From positions 75,752 through 139,751 of the forward strand of contig JAQBTV010000001.1 of the NCBI GenBank assembly GCA_027624715.1: DNA of 64,000 bases, read 5' to 3'. Positions 19,869-29,604 of this stretch are shown in pieces; the stretch's first letter is position 1; each line of letters starts with the position of its first letter. This DNA comes from Pseudomonadota bacterium (GTDB taxonomy: Bacteria > Pseudomonadota > Gammaproteobacteria > Burkholderiales > Eutrophovitaceae). Both the position numbers and the translations under genes were made by a program. Below the pieces are notes generated by a model, which ran no database searches, was not told the origin of the DNA, and saw only the letters and a list, made by a program, of their open reading frames with translations.

Positions 19869-20720
19869 TTACGACTTATACCAACCCCGACCGGATTTTT
19901 TCCCGTTATAACCAGCACCAACCATTTGTTTCATGATGGGCCTTGGCTTAAAACGATCACCATAAGCCTCACATAAAATTTCCTGGACTTGTAGAGATAG
20001 ACTAATTTGTGTCGCGTCCATCAATTGGAAGGGACCAATGGGATGTCCAAGACCTAGACGGCATGCGACATCTATATCCTCAGGCGAAGCAACTCCTTCC
20101 TCAACTAATCGGGTCGCTTCAATCATCATTGCGTGAAGCAGACGATTAACCGCGAAACCGACAACATCTTTAACTTCGATAGGTGTTTTTCCAATCTCTC
20201 GACATATATTCATCACCTGCGCAACGATTGATGCATCAGTATCTAAACCGGGGATAACCTCTACCAGCTTCATTCGCGACGCTGGCGAAAAAAAATGGGT
20301 ACCGATAAAGTGCGTCCTGCGAGACTCAGAAACTTTAGACGCAAGCGTCGTAATTGAGATACTAGAAGTATTGCTAGCCAACACACAGTCATTAGAAACA
20401 AATCTATCCAAATCGGAAAACACGCTCGCCTTCACCTTTTCGTCTTCAAACACTGCCTCAACAACTAAATCACAATCAGAGTAATTATCTAAACCCTTGC
20501 AGCGTTCAATGCGAGGCAAAACTACATCAATCACACCCGGATCATAGACCCCTCGATCGACGCCCTTTTCTAGTACGCGTTCTAACCGCTTCATAGCTTG
20601 ATCAACAAGCGACGGGTCTGCATCATGCAATTTCACTCGTCGACCTGAAAGCGCGAATACAAGTGCAATCTCTGATCCCATTAAACCAGCACCAACTACG
20701 CCTACCGTTTTAAATATCAT
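19869..20720 (-). CDS. 3-hydroxyacyl-CoA (3-hydroxybutyryl-CoA) dehydrogenase
   Basis: 283 aa with N-terminal VGVVGAGLMGSEIA Rossmann motif, NTSS, and a C-terminal 3HCDH domain (GFAVNRLL). Confidence 0.9.
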   Translation of the reverse strand: MIFKTVGVVGAGLMGSEIALVFALSGRRVKLHDADPSLVDQAMKRLERVLEKGVDRGVYDPGVIDVVLPRIERCKGLDNYSDCDLVVEAVFEDEKVKASVFSDLDRFVSNDCVLASNTSSISITTLASKVSESRRTHFIGTHFFSPASRMKLVEVIPGLDTDASIVAQVMNICREIGKTPIEVKDVVGFAVNRLLHAMMIEATRLVEEGVASPEDIDVACRLGLGHPIGPFQLMDATQISLSLQVQEILCEAYGDRFKPRPIMKQMVGAGYNGKKSGRGWYKS

Positions 20721-20750
20721 TAAAAACTCCTAAAGATTTGGAGCGATAAT

Positions 20751-21941
20751 TCAGATTTGTTTCCATCGCTTTTTGGGAGAAACATATACACTTTTTGCGG
20801 AACCTTGATCTTCAGCATCCGCAAACCGACGTCTTTGAAATCGCTCACCACCAAACATCAGCTCAATTGCCAACAGCCGTCTTACAAAGTCCGCCAGCGG
20901 TAATTCAAGCGTCATCCCCATTCCACCGTGAAGCTGAATTGCTTCTTGCGCAACCAGCCGAGCAGCACGATTTGTCAGAGCCTTTGCAGCTGAAACTGCC
21001 CTAACTCTTTCGTGCTCATTTGCACTCCAAGCCTTCGCTGCTGCATACATCACTAAAGATCGAACCTCTTCAATATTGATAAACATGTCAACCGCTCGAT
21101 GTTGAAGCACTTGAAACTGCGACAAAGCCGATCCAAACTGCTTTCTAGTCCGAAGATACTCCATTGTCATTTCGTGGATGACCTCCATAATTCCAAGCGC
21201 CTCAGCGCAAATGGCTGCTGTGGCTCGATCATTAACACAATCAATAGCCGACTGACCTTGATCAATTGTTCCCAAAACAGATTCGGGACCGACCTCAACA
21301 TCATTTAATTGAATATCCAACACTCGACTACCATCGATCAATGGATATGCTTTACCGCCTATTTTCTCATCTAACGATTCGACAATAAACAGAGTCACGC
21401 CTACGTTTTTATCATCACTCTCTCTAGTTCTCGCTGAGACAATGAACCGATTCGCTGTCGCACCCCCAAGAATTAATTTCTTTTCCCCTTTGAGCACCCA
21501 ATTGTTGCCAGACTGGGTTGCTGTTGTATGAAGTAACTCTCCGCCCTCATCGTTCAATTGCTCAATGTGCGCGAAGGCCAACTTACCCTCTCCTGCCACG
21601 AGATCTGGAATTAATACTTTTTTCTGGAACTCAGAGCCACAGAGATCAACCAACCCGCCTGCCAAGATGACAGAGGATAAATAAGGTTCAAGAACCAAAT
21701 GCTTACCCAGATGCTGCATGATAATCATAGCTTCAATTCCCGCCCCACCGAACCCTCCACTATCTTCTGAAACAGGCACGCCTAGGGCTCCCATAGATGC
21801 CAGGCCCGCCCATACATGCTCAGAGTGGGCTTCTTTTGATTCGACCATTTTTCTTCTAGCATCAAGAGAAAAATTTTTCTCAAGAAATCGATCTAAACCA
21901 TCTTTGAACAGCTTCTGTTCATCCGTAAATACAAACTTCAT
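20751..21941 (-). CDS. acyl-CoA dehydrogenase-family protein, partner subunit (PimD-like)
   Basis: 396 aa ACAD fold. The C-terminal region reads MFGGERFQRRRF where canonical ACADs have the YGGTNEIQ catalytic-base motif. Directly follows the PimC-like gene. Confidence 0.8.
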   Translation of the reverse strand: MKFVFTDEQKLFKDGLDRFLEKNFSLDARRKMVESKEAHSEHVWAGLASMGALGVPVSEDSGGFGGAGIEAMIIMQHLGKHLVLEPYLSSVILAGGLVDLCGSEFQKKVLIPDLVAGEGKLAFAHIEQLNDEGGELLHTTATQSGNNWVLKGEKKLILGGATANRFIVSARTRESDDKNVGVTLFIVESLDEKIGGKAYPLIDGSRVLDIQLNDVEVGPESVLGTIDQGQSAIDCVNDRATAAICAEALGIMEVIHEMTMEYLRTRKQFGSALSQFQVLQHRAVDMFINIEEVRSLVMYAAAKAWSANEHERVRAVSAAKALTNRAARLVAQEAIQLHGGMGMTLELPLADFVRRLLAIELMFGGERFQRRRFADAEDQGSAKSVYVSPKKRWKQI

Positions 21942-22001
21942 AGGCGTATCCTAAGATTGAATTTCATTGAATCACCACTCACTTAAAGACCCACAACAAC
22001 A

Positions 22002-23198
22002 TCAGAGCCCTAAGACTCGTTGAGCAATAATGTTTCGTTGTATCTCGTTGGTCCCCCCATAAATAGAGGTCTTTCGAGTATTTAAGTAACGCGCGGCAAG
22101 CGGTGCCGCATGAAGAGCGCCAGGAGTCTCACCCAACCAATGATCACCCCATGCCATCGGCAAGTGGGGCAAAGCCGACTGACCGGCAACTTCAAGTTGA
22201 AGCTCAGTAAGTCGTTGTTGTATTTCAGTACCGCGAATTTTCAAGATTGATGCCTCTGGTCCAGGCTCTCCGCCAGAAACCTCACCTGCAGCCACTCTCA
22301 AAACGGTCATCTCCAGTGCTAAAAGATCGATCTCTAACTCAGCAATACGATCCAAAAAAACCGGATCATCCTTCACTGGCTTACCATGATAGTGATGTAT
22401 CGATGCAAGGTGCTTGAGATAAACTAACTCTTGCTTAGAAACACCTACCCCAGCAATTGCGGTTCGCTCATGAGAGAGCAAAAACTTTCCGATCGACCAT
22501 CCCTTACCCTCATCCCCAACCAAATTCTCAATCGGCACTTCTACATCTTGAAACCAGACTTCATTGACTTCATGCTCACCGTCCAGCGTCACAATTGGCC
22601 TAATCTCAATACCTGGCGTATTCATATCACAAAGCAACATGGAAATACCCTCTTGCTTACGAGTGCCAGATCCTGTTCGTACCAGACAAAATATTTTATC
22701 TGCCCATTGAGCATGAGTTGTCCACGTTTTCTGCCCATTAACAACGAAAGAACCGCCTTTTCTTTCGGCTCGAGTATTTAATGAAGCCAAATCAGAACCG
22801 GATCCAGGCTCAGAATATCCCTGGCACCACCACTCTTCTCCTGAAAGTATTTTAGGCAGATAAATATTCTGTTGTGCTTCTGTGCCGTGAGCCATAAGTA
22901 CTGGGCCAATCATACCTAGGCCAAAGGGCGACAACCGAGGAGCGCCAAGAGCAGACGACTCAACATCAAATATATGTCGATATACAGAGTTCCAACCACA
23001 ACCGCCAAATCGTTCAGGCCAACTAGGCGCTACCCATCCCTTCTCATACAGAGCCAAATGCCATTTAAGAACATCCTCTTTGCCAATGCGTTTATGTTCT
23101 AAAACTTTTTTCGAGACATCGCCAGGCAATTGCTTAGAAACAAAATCTCTAACTTCTTCTGAGAAGGAAATCTCTTCTTGAGTAAAGTTAATATCCAT
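22002..23198 (-). CDS. acyl-CoA dehydrogenase, large subunit type (PimC-like)
   Basis: 398 aa with WWCQGYSEPGSGSDLASL, VNGQKTWTT.AQWAD and C-terminal IYGGTNEIQRNII carrying the catalytic Glu. Confidence 0.88.
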   Translation of the reverse strand: MDINFTQEEISFSEEVRDFVSKQLPGDVSKKVLEHKRIGKEDVLKWHLALYEKGWVAPSWPERFGGCGWNSVYRHIFDVESSALGAPRLSPFGLGMIGPVLMAHGTEAQQNIYLPKILSGEEWWCQGYSEPGSGSDLASLNTRAERKGGSFVVNGQKTWTTHAQWADKIFCLVRTGSGTRKQEGISMLLCDMNTPGIEIRPIVTLDGEHEVNEVWFQDVEVPIENLVGDEGKGWSIGKFLLSHERTAIAGVGVSKQELVYLKHLASIHHYHGKPVKDDPVFLDRIAELEIDLLALEMTVLRVAAGEVSGGEPGPEASILKIRGTEIQQRLTELQLEVAGQSALPHLPMAWGDHWLGETPGALHAAPLAARYLNTRKTSIYGGTNEIQRNIIAQRVLGL

Positions 23199-23303
23199 AT
23201 GTAAATACCATTTAAGGTTATTAAGAATCGAAGCAAAAACAAGTTATTCCACGGGCTCCCGCATATCTGCCTTATAAATTTGATGCAGGTAGGATTTTAA
23301 ACG

Positions 23304-23342
23304 TCTATGATACTTTTAATCTATGATATTTATTGATCAATA
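23304..23342. promoter_or_regulatory. direct repeats plus palindrome in divergent promoter region
   Basis: TCTATGATA occurs twice (23304-23312 and 23320-23328), followed by the 12-bp palindrome TATTGATCAATA (23331-23342). The site lies between the beta-oxidation operon and the aminotransferase operon. Confidence 0.35.
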
Positions 23343-23410
23343 TTAAATGATTTTAAATTATAAAACTGATGATGAAATTACCATTGCCATTTACCTAAGG
23401 ATTGCTGGCC

Positions 23411-24754
23411 ATGAATTCAAGAGATGATTTAGTGTTAAATGAAGTGAACCAAAGCATTAACATGAGACCGCTCTGGTTGCCGTTCACTCCTAACCGACAA
23501 TTTAAAGCTGCCCCAAGACTCATCCATAAAGCGCGCGGTATGTTTTATGAAACGACTGAGGGCAAAGAAATTCTTGATGGCATCGCAGGCTTATGGTGTG
23601 TCAATGCTGGGCACGGTAGAGAGCCTATCGTCAAAGCCATTCAAAGACAGGCTAAAGACCTCGATTTCGCCCCATCTTTTAATATGGGCCACCCCATTCA
23701 GTTTCAAGCCGCAGAATTGATTTCGAACTTGGCACCCGAAGGACTTGATACCGTTTTTTTCACAAACTCTGGCTCCGAAGCCATCGATACCGCGTTAAAG
23801 GTTGCCCTTGGTTACTATCGTGCAAAAGGAGAACACAGGCATCGGTTTGTAGGAAGGGAGCGGGGTTATCATGGTGTGGGATTTGGAGGTATGTCCGTAG
23901 GAGGAATGACGTCGAACCGCAAGCTCTTCAGCACTGCACTGCTTCCTGGTGTTGATCACCTTCCCCACACACACAACCTTGAAGAAAACGCGTTTTCTAA
24001 GGGTCAACCGACTTGGGGTGCTCATTTAGCTGATGATCTTGAACGTATCGTGACACTTCATGATCAATCAAATATTGCTGCTGTTATCGTAGAACCTGTA
24101 GCTGGCTCCACAGGCGTACTCGTACCTCCAATAGGCTATTTACAGAGACTTCGTGAGATTTGCGACAAATATGGAATACTACTAATTTTCGATGAAGTGA
24201 TCACAGGTTTTGGTCGAACCGGTAAGGCGTTTGCAGCAGACACCTTCGAAGTTACACCCGACATGATCACATTCGCTAAAGGTGTGACGAACGGCGCAGT
24301 CCCACTGGGCGGAGTCATCGTGAGTGAAAAAATCTATCATGCATTTCTCAATGGGCCTGAAGAACAAATTGAATTCTTCCACGGGTATACCTACTCGGGA
24401 CACCCATTAGCTAGCGCTGCAGCCATCGCCACACTAGATGTATACAAAGAAGAGGGCCTTTTCGAAAAAAGTAAGGAGTTAGCACCGTATTTCGAGGAAG
24501 CCCTGCATTCACTAAAAGGTCTACCTCACGTTATTGATATCCGAAACCTTGGACTAATGGGTGGAATTGAACTTGACCCCATTCCTGGATTACCCGGAAA
24601 ACGAGCGAACAAGATATTTGTAACCTGTTATGAAAATGGGGTCTTAGTAAGAACTAGTGGAGATACAATTGCATTAACACCTTCGTTCATTGCATCGAAA
24701 CATCACATTGACAAAATCGTCGAAACGATAAAGATAGCACTTAAGTCGCATTAG
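23411..24754 (+). CDS. class-III aminotransferase, beta-alanine/omega-amino acid:pyruvate transaminase (BauA-like)
   Basis: Collinear by eye with Pseudomonas BauA (WLPF..NR.F, GLWC.NAGHGR, GYLQRLREICD..ILLIFDEVITGFGR, HGYTYSGHP). ATG at 23411 is preferred over the TTG at 23402 because AAGGA lies 10 nt upstream. Confidence 0.88.
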   Translation: MNSRDDLVLNEVNQSINMRPLWLPFTPNRQFKAAPRLIHKARGMFYETTEGKEILDGIAGLWCVNAGHGREPIVKAIQRQAKDLDFAPSFNMGHPIQFQAAELISNLAPEGLDTVFFTNSGSEAIDTALKVALGYYRAKGEHRHRFVGRERGYHGVGFGGMSVGGMTSNRKLFSTALLPGVDHLPHTHNLEENAFSKGQPTWGAHLADDLERIVTLHDQSNIAAVIVEPVAGSTGVLVPPIGYLQRLREICDKYGILLIFDEVITGFGRTGKAFAADTFEVTPDMITFAKGVTNGAVPLGGVIVSEKIYHAFLNGPEEQIEFFHGYTYSGHPLASAAAIATLDVYKEEGLFEKSKELAPYFEEALHSLKGLPHVIDIRNLGLMGGIELDPIPGLPGKRANKIFVTCYENGVLVRTSGDTIALTPSFIASKHHIDKIVETIKIALKSH

Positions 24755-24834
24755 ACCATTACACATTGCCTTTTTGCTGACAATTAATGGGCTCTCGTTC
24801 CATCGATTCTTTATCTAAGCCAGAAGTCATACCA

Positions 24835-26310
24835 ATGAAAATTTTGATAGCCCAAATGGAACATGAAACCAATACGTTCTCTCCCGTAGAAACACCGTGG
24901 GAATCGTTTGGTCCGGACGGTCCCTATATTGGTGTTCATGCCTATCACGCAATGAAAGGCACAAAGACGCCAATCGGTGCATTTATCGATATCGCGGAAC
25001 AAGAAAATGCAGATATTGTTACTCCAGTGGCTGGCTTTGCTTATCCCAGCGGCCCGGTCTCCGCAGTCGCCTACGATCGATTTTGTGAACTCATTATCGA
25101 GGGTGTGCGGCAAGGCTGCGATCTAATCATGTTAGATCTCCATGGCGCCATGGTCGTCAGAGATAGGACACTCGACGGCGAAGGTACTTTGCTCAAGAAA
25201 ATTCGTGAGGTGGCACCAACAACTCCCATTGCTGTTTCTCTAGACTTACATGCCAACGTCACGTCAGACATGGTGCGTAATGCAAATATCATTGTTGGAT
25301 ATAAAACATATCCACATATCGATATGTACGAAACCGGAATGCGCGCAGGAAAATTACTACTGAGGTTGTATCGAGGAGAGATCGAACCGGTGATGCACTG
25401 GAACAATATTCCCTTGCTCGCACAAACGCTCAAAATGAACACATCAGAAGGCGCCATGAAGGACTACGCTGATCGAGCCGCCCATTCAGAGCGTAAACCT
25501 AACGTTTTAGCAAGCTCTGCTTTTGGTGGCTTCCCAATGGCAGACATACCGGATGCCGGTATGAGTGTCGTGATGATTACGGATAATGACCACGATTTAG
25601 CAAAAACAGAATGTGAGGCAATCCTGAGTGTCGCCTGGGAACAAAAGGAAGCATTTATCTGGAGGGACGAACCATTAGAAGATTCCATTCGTCACGCGAA
25701 GTCGCTAAAAGAAGGTCCAATACTTCTACTCGATCACCCAGACAACTGTGCTACTGGAGCCACTCAAGACACGATGACAACCCTACGAGAAGCACTCAAG
25801 CAGGGTCTGAGTGATATCGCAGTAGGTCCAATTCGCGATCCAGAGGCTGTCGGCCAATTGATTGAAGCCGGAATTGGGGCAATGATCACCCTTCCCATTG
25901 GTGGTAAAACAGATATGCCAGCTATCAATAAAAAAGGAGAGCCGCTTGAGTTGACCGGTGTTATAAAAAATATTACCGATGGTAACTATGTCATTACTGG
26001 CCCACAATTTACGGGTGTAAAAGCCTCTATGGGCCGTACCGTAGTATTCGATACGGGAGACGCTGAACTTGTAATCACTGAAAAACTGCAAGAACCTTGG
26101 GATCGAGGTGTCTTTACGAGTGTTGGTATCGACCCCACAACAAAAAAATATTTATTACTGAAGTCCAGAATGTATTTTCGACCGGTATTCTTACCCATCG
26201 CAAAGCACAGCGTTTACTGTGCCGGTGTCGGGGTAGGTTCGTCAGATTGGACAATGTTCAATTATGAAAAGATCCGACGACCAATCTATCCGCTTGATAA
26301 TCTAGACTAG
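24835..26310 (+). CDS. M81-family metallopeptidase (MlrC-like)
   Basis: N-terminus MKILIAQMEHETNTFSP is the typical MlrC N-domain start, and an MlrC C-domain follows. The ORF-track start at 24787 adds 16 atypical residues. Confidence 0.8.
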   Translation: MKILIAQMEHETNTFSPVETPWESFGPDGPYIGVHAYHAMKGTKTPIGAFIDIAEQENADIVTPVAGFAYPSGPVSAVAYDRFCELIIEGVRQGCDLIMLDLHGAMVVRDRTLDGEGTLLKKIREVAPTTPIAVSLDLHANVTSDMVRNANIIVGYKTYPHIDMYETGMRAGKLLLRLYRGEIEPVMHWNNIPLLAQTLKMNTSEGAMKDYADRAAHSERKPNVLASSAFGGFPMADIPDAGMSVVMITDNDHDLAKTECEAILSVAWEQKEAFIWRDEPLEDSIRHAKSLKEGPILLLDHPDNCATGATQDTMTTLREALKQGLSDIAVGPIRDPEAVGQLIEAGIGAMITLPIGGKTDMPAINKKGEPLELTGVIKNITDGNYVITGPQFTGVKASMGRTVVFDTGDAELVITEKLQEPWDRGVFTSVGIDPTTKKYLLLKSRMYFRPVFLPIAKHSVYCAGVGVGSSDWTMFNYEKIRRPIYPLDNLD

Positions 26311-26411
26311 GTTTTGCACTTAGAGTCCAAAAATTGGTCGTCAGAAAAATGTAACGAGAACCGATAAACTGTCCATATAAATATATATGGCGTATGGGAT
26401 TCGACTAAGAC

Positions 26412-27905
26412 ATGAAAGTAATTAACCATTTTATTAACGGCGCACACTATCAAGGCCAAGACAAAAACACGGTAGATGTCTTCAACCCAGGGACGGGGGA
26501 GGTGACTGCGCGCGTTGCGCTTGCTTCAAAACAGGAAACGGAAGAAGCGATTCGGGTGGCAACTGAGGCCCTACCCTCATGGTCCAACACACCCCCATTG
26601 AAACGGGCTCGCGTGATGTTCAAGTATAAACAACTTCTTGAGCATCATATTGACGATCTCGCTGCAATGATCACCAGCGAACACGGAAAAGTTTTTTCAG
26701 ACGCTAAAGGAGAAATTGCAAGAGGCATAGAAGTTGTCGAATACGCCTGCGGGATACCACAGTTACTTAAAGGAGAATACACGGAGCAAGTGGGGGCAGG
26801 GGTCGATAGTTATTCTGTTCGACAGCCGCTAGGCGTATGCGCCGGAATCACTCCTTTTAACTTTCCCGCCATGGTGCCCATGTGGATGTTTCCCATGGCC
26901 ATCGCCTGTGGAAATACTTTCATTTTAAAACCCTCTGAGAAAGACCCTTCCCCGAGTCTTCTGATGGCAGACTTGGCAAAGGAAGCAGGGCTTCCTGATG
27001 GCGTATTCAATGTTGTACAAGGTGACAAAATTGCTGTAGACACGCTACTGAGTGACCCGAGAATTTCAGCTATTAGCTTTGTAGGGTCTACGCCAATTGC
27101 GGAATACGTCTACAGAACTGGCACACAATATGGAAAGCGCGTGCAAGCGCTAGGAGGGGCAAAAAACCATTTAGTTGTTATGCCGGATGCGGATATTGAG
27201 CAAGCCGTAGACGCGTTAATGGGTGCTGCTTATGGATCTGCAGGTGAACGCTGCATGGCAATCTCTGTCGGAGTGGTTGTGGGCGACATTGCCGACCAAT
27301 TAGTGGCGCGACTCATTGAACGAACTACCGAGCTTAAAATTGGAAATGGCATAATCAACGAGCCTGATATGGGCCCATTGGTTACAAGCGCTCATCTTGA
27401 AAAAGTAAAAAGCTACATTGAAAAAGGAATTTCAGAAGGCGCGTCATTAATTGTGGATGGAAGAAATACTTCCGTTGCCGGTTACGAAAATGGGTTTTTT
27501 ATCGGAGGCTGTCTTTTCGATCATGTCACCCCTAGTATGACCATATATAAAGAAGAAATCTTTGGTCCCGTTTTATCGATCGTCAGAGTTGATGACTTTG
27601 AGGCCGCTTTACAACTCATCAATGCGCACGAATTCGGTAATGGAGTATCTCTATTCACAAGAGATGGATATACCGCACGGGAATTCGCATCACGCATTCA
27701 AGTTGGCATGGTGGGTATTAACATTCCCATCCCGGTACCTGTCGCTTTTCATAGTTTTGGCGGATGGAAGCGTTCACTATTCGGAGATCATTATGCCTAC
27801 GGACCAGAAGGGGTGCGTTTTTATACTCATCTTAAAACTGTCACTACCCGGTGGCCGACAGATGCTAAAAGTGGTGCCGAATTTACAATGCCCGTTATGA
27901 AGTAA
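26412..27905 (+). CDS. mmsA: CoA-acylating methylmalonate/malonate-semialdehyde dehydrogenase
   Basis: 497 aa aldehyde dehydrogenase with the MmsA-type N-terminus (HFINGA) and the [23 protein letters not shown] (catalytic Cys) and EEIFGPVL motifs. Confidence 0.9.
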   Translation: MKVINHFINGAHYQGQDKNTVDVFNPGTGEVTARVALASKQETEEAIRVATEALPSWSNTPPLKRARVMFKYKQLLEHHIDDLAAMITSEHGKVFSDAKGEIARGIEVVEYACGIPQLLKGEYTEQVGAGVDSYSVRQPLGVCAGITPFNFPAMVPMWMFPMAIACGNTFILKPSEKDPSPSLLMADLAKEAGLPDGVFNVVQGDKIAVDTLLSDPRISAISFVGSTPIAEYVYRTGTQYGKRVQALGGAKNHLVVMPDADIEQAVDALMGAAYGSAGERCMAISVGVVVGDIADQLVARLIERTTELKIGNGIINEPDMGPLVTSAHLEKVKSYIEKGISEGASLIVDGRNTSVAGYENGFFIGGCLFDHVTPSMTIYKEEIFGPVLSIVRVDDFEAALQLINAHEFGNGVSLFTRDGYTAREFASRIQVGMVGINIPIPVPVAFHSFGGWKRSLFGDHYAYGPEGVRFYTHLKTVTTRWPTDAKSGAEFTMPVMK

Positions 27906-28809
27906 ATGGATCAGGATAAGCTAAAGACTGTTGCCGATACAACTTGATCAGTTCACTCGTGTCGCTATCACCCAGGCCTGCAGCATCCATCTTCTTAAAA
28001 GCGTCCTTAGTAGTCTTGACCAAGGGTAAGCTGAGGTTGTTCTTTTGACCCAGCTTATCAATCATATCGAGGTCCTTAAGCATGATATTTGAGCGCGCGG
28101 TTATGGAATGCTCAGAATGAGCCATCTTAGGAAACATTTCCTGCAATTGACATGAATCAGCTCTACCGCCAAATAATGCCTGCGGAATTTGATCCGTATT
28201 GACTCCAATCTTCTCCGCTAATGAACAGGCCTCAGCTAGCATGACTAAACCGCTAGACACCAAAAGTTGATTAATCATTTTAGTCGCTTGGCCAGCACCA
28301 GACGCCCCCATCAGTGTCACCCTTCGACCCAAAACCTGCCATATCGGCTGTGCTCGCTCAAAAACAGATCGAGAACCACCCACCATAATAGTCATCCTTC
28401 CCTCTTTCGCAGCAATTGCCCCACCAGATATAGGTGCATCAAGCCAGTCGATTGAAGATTCCGATTTCAGTCGCTCAGCCATAGATCGAGTTTGTTCAGA
28501 CTCACACGTGGACATATCAATTAAGGTATGTGCAAAACCGCGCACTTGAGCTATGCCTCCTTCACCAAAAACAATCTTTTCAACCGCATCAGTATCAGTC
28601 ACACAAATAATTAAAAATTCAGCCTGTTCCGCGACCTGTTTTGGAGAAACACAAGGTGTCCCACCGATCTCTTGCAGTCTACGCAGCTTGCGTATATCTC
28701 TGTTCCAAATAAGCGTAGGATATCCCGCGCGAATCAGTCGTTCCATAATGGCACTACCAAGTATGCCGGCGCCTAAACACCCAACTTTAGGATTAATTGT
28801 GTGTGACAT
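27895..28809 (-). CDS. 3-hydroxyisobutyrate dehydrogenase-family NAD(P) oxidoreductase
   Basis: 304 aa with [13 protein letters not shown] Rossmann motif, DAPISGG and a 6PGDH-like C-domain. Its 3' end overlaps mmsA convergently by 11 bp. Confidence 0.85.
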   Translation of the reverse strand: MSHTINPKVGCLGAGILGSAIMERLIRAGYPTLIWNRDIRKLRRLQEIGGTPCVSPKQVAEQAEFLIICVTDTDAVEKIVFGEGGIAQVRGFAHTLIDMSTCESEQTRSMAERLKSESSIDWLDAPISGGAIAAKEGRMTIMVGGSRSVFERAQPIWQVLGRRVTLMGASGAGQATKMINQLLVSSGLVMLAEACSLAEKIGVNTDQIPQALFGGRADSCQLQEMFPKMAHSEHSITARSNIMLKDLDMIDKLGQKNNLSLPLVKTTKDAFKKMDAAGLGDSDTSELIKLYRQQSLAYPDPFTS

Positions 28810-29155
28810 TATTTTTGCTCCTTACCCTCGGTCTAAAACAAACATTACCGACTTTATGAGAACCGTAATAAACTAAATAAAACAACAAGAAGAACAGCAT
28901 GACACAGAAATCAATTTTAGGACTTAGTATGATCACTGGTGACACAAGTGGTATTGTGAGGCTTGCGCGCGTGAATAAGCACGGAGAAATGCATCCATAA
29001 TTATTGATGACATCAATCAAAGAAGTGAGGAGATTGCCAAAAGAATCGGCGTCAATCTACCCATAGACTGTGGCTACTTTGTTTCTACGTCATGGGATAG
29101 TTATGGTGGACTGAAAAAAATCTTTTCACGTAAACACTATTATTTAAAAAATTTA

Positions 29156-29512
29156 ATGATATCCAATATACCTAGAATTCTATATTTTATAATTTTCTGC
29201 CTTTGCTTAATGCTTCACGCACAGGCGAATGAGTTAGATCTATCAAAACGAGGTAACTTAAAACCAAGCGAAACTAGTCACCTCAATTTCGATCACATTT
29301 TATTACTCGATGTACGTACTCAGCAGGAATGGAATGCGGGTCATATCAAAGGGGCCTTGCATCTACCACTCAAAGACTTTACCGCAAACTTAACTAAAAT
29401 CATCACAGATAAAACGCAGCCGGTTGTAGTTTACTGCTCGCAAGGAGGCCGAGCTATCGCCGCCGCCAAATATATGAATAATCTGGGGTACCATGCTATA
29501 TCCGTTATTTAG
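29156..29512 (+). CDS. periplasmic single-domain rhodanese (PspE-like), ending at an in-frame TAG
   Basis: Signal peptide (ILYFIIFCLCLMLHAQA) and active-site loop VVYCSQGGRA. The frame after TAG 29510-29512 continues GGYRQMISAGLKNSD to 29560, which matches the conserved rhodanese C-terminus. Confidence 0.75.
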   Translation: MISNIPRILYFIIFCLCLMLHAQANELDLSKRGNLKPSETSHLNFDHILLLDVRTQQEWNAGHIKGALHLPLKDFTANLTKIITDKTQPVVVYCSQGGRAIAAAKYMNNLGYHAISVI

Positions 29513-29604
29513 GGTGGTTACCGTCAAATGATATCGGCTGGACTCAAAAACTCTGATTAAATTCATAGAGTTCAGCTTCCCTTATTCATAACTTTTAAAA
29601 TTTA

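Noticed and set aside
24787-24834. N-terminal extensions proposed by the ORF track (also 5005-5043, 23402-23410, 44776-44847, 51271-51288)
   Set aside because: The family-typical N-termini begin at internal ATGs, some with good Shine-Dalgarno spacing. The extensions start at TTG or add atypical residues.
28979-29155. Open reading frame continuous with, and upstream of, the rhodanese start codon (IIDDINQRSEEIAKRIGVNLPIDCGYF...)
   Set aside because: It has no in-frame ATG, GTG or TTG. The annotated ATG is followed by a good signal peptide, so the upstream frame is most likely open by chance.
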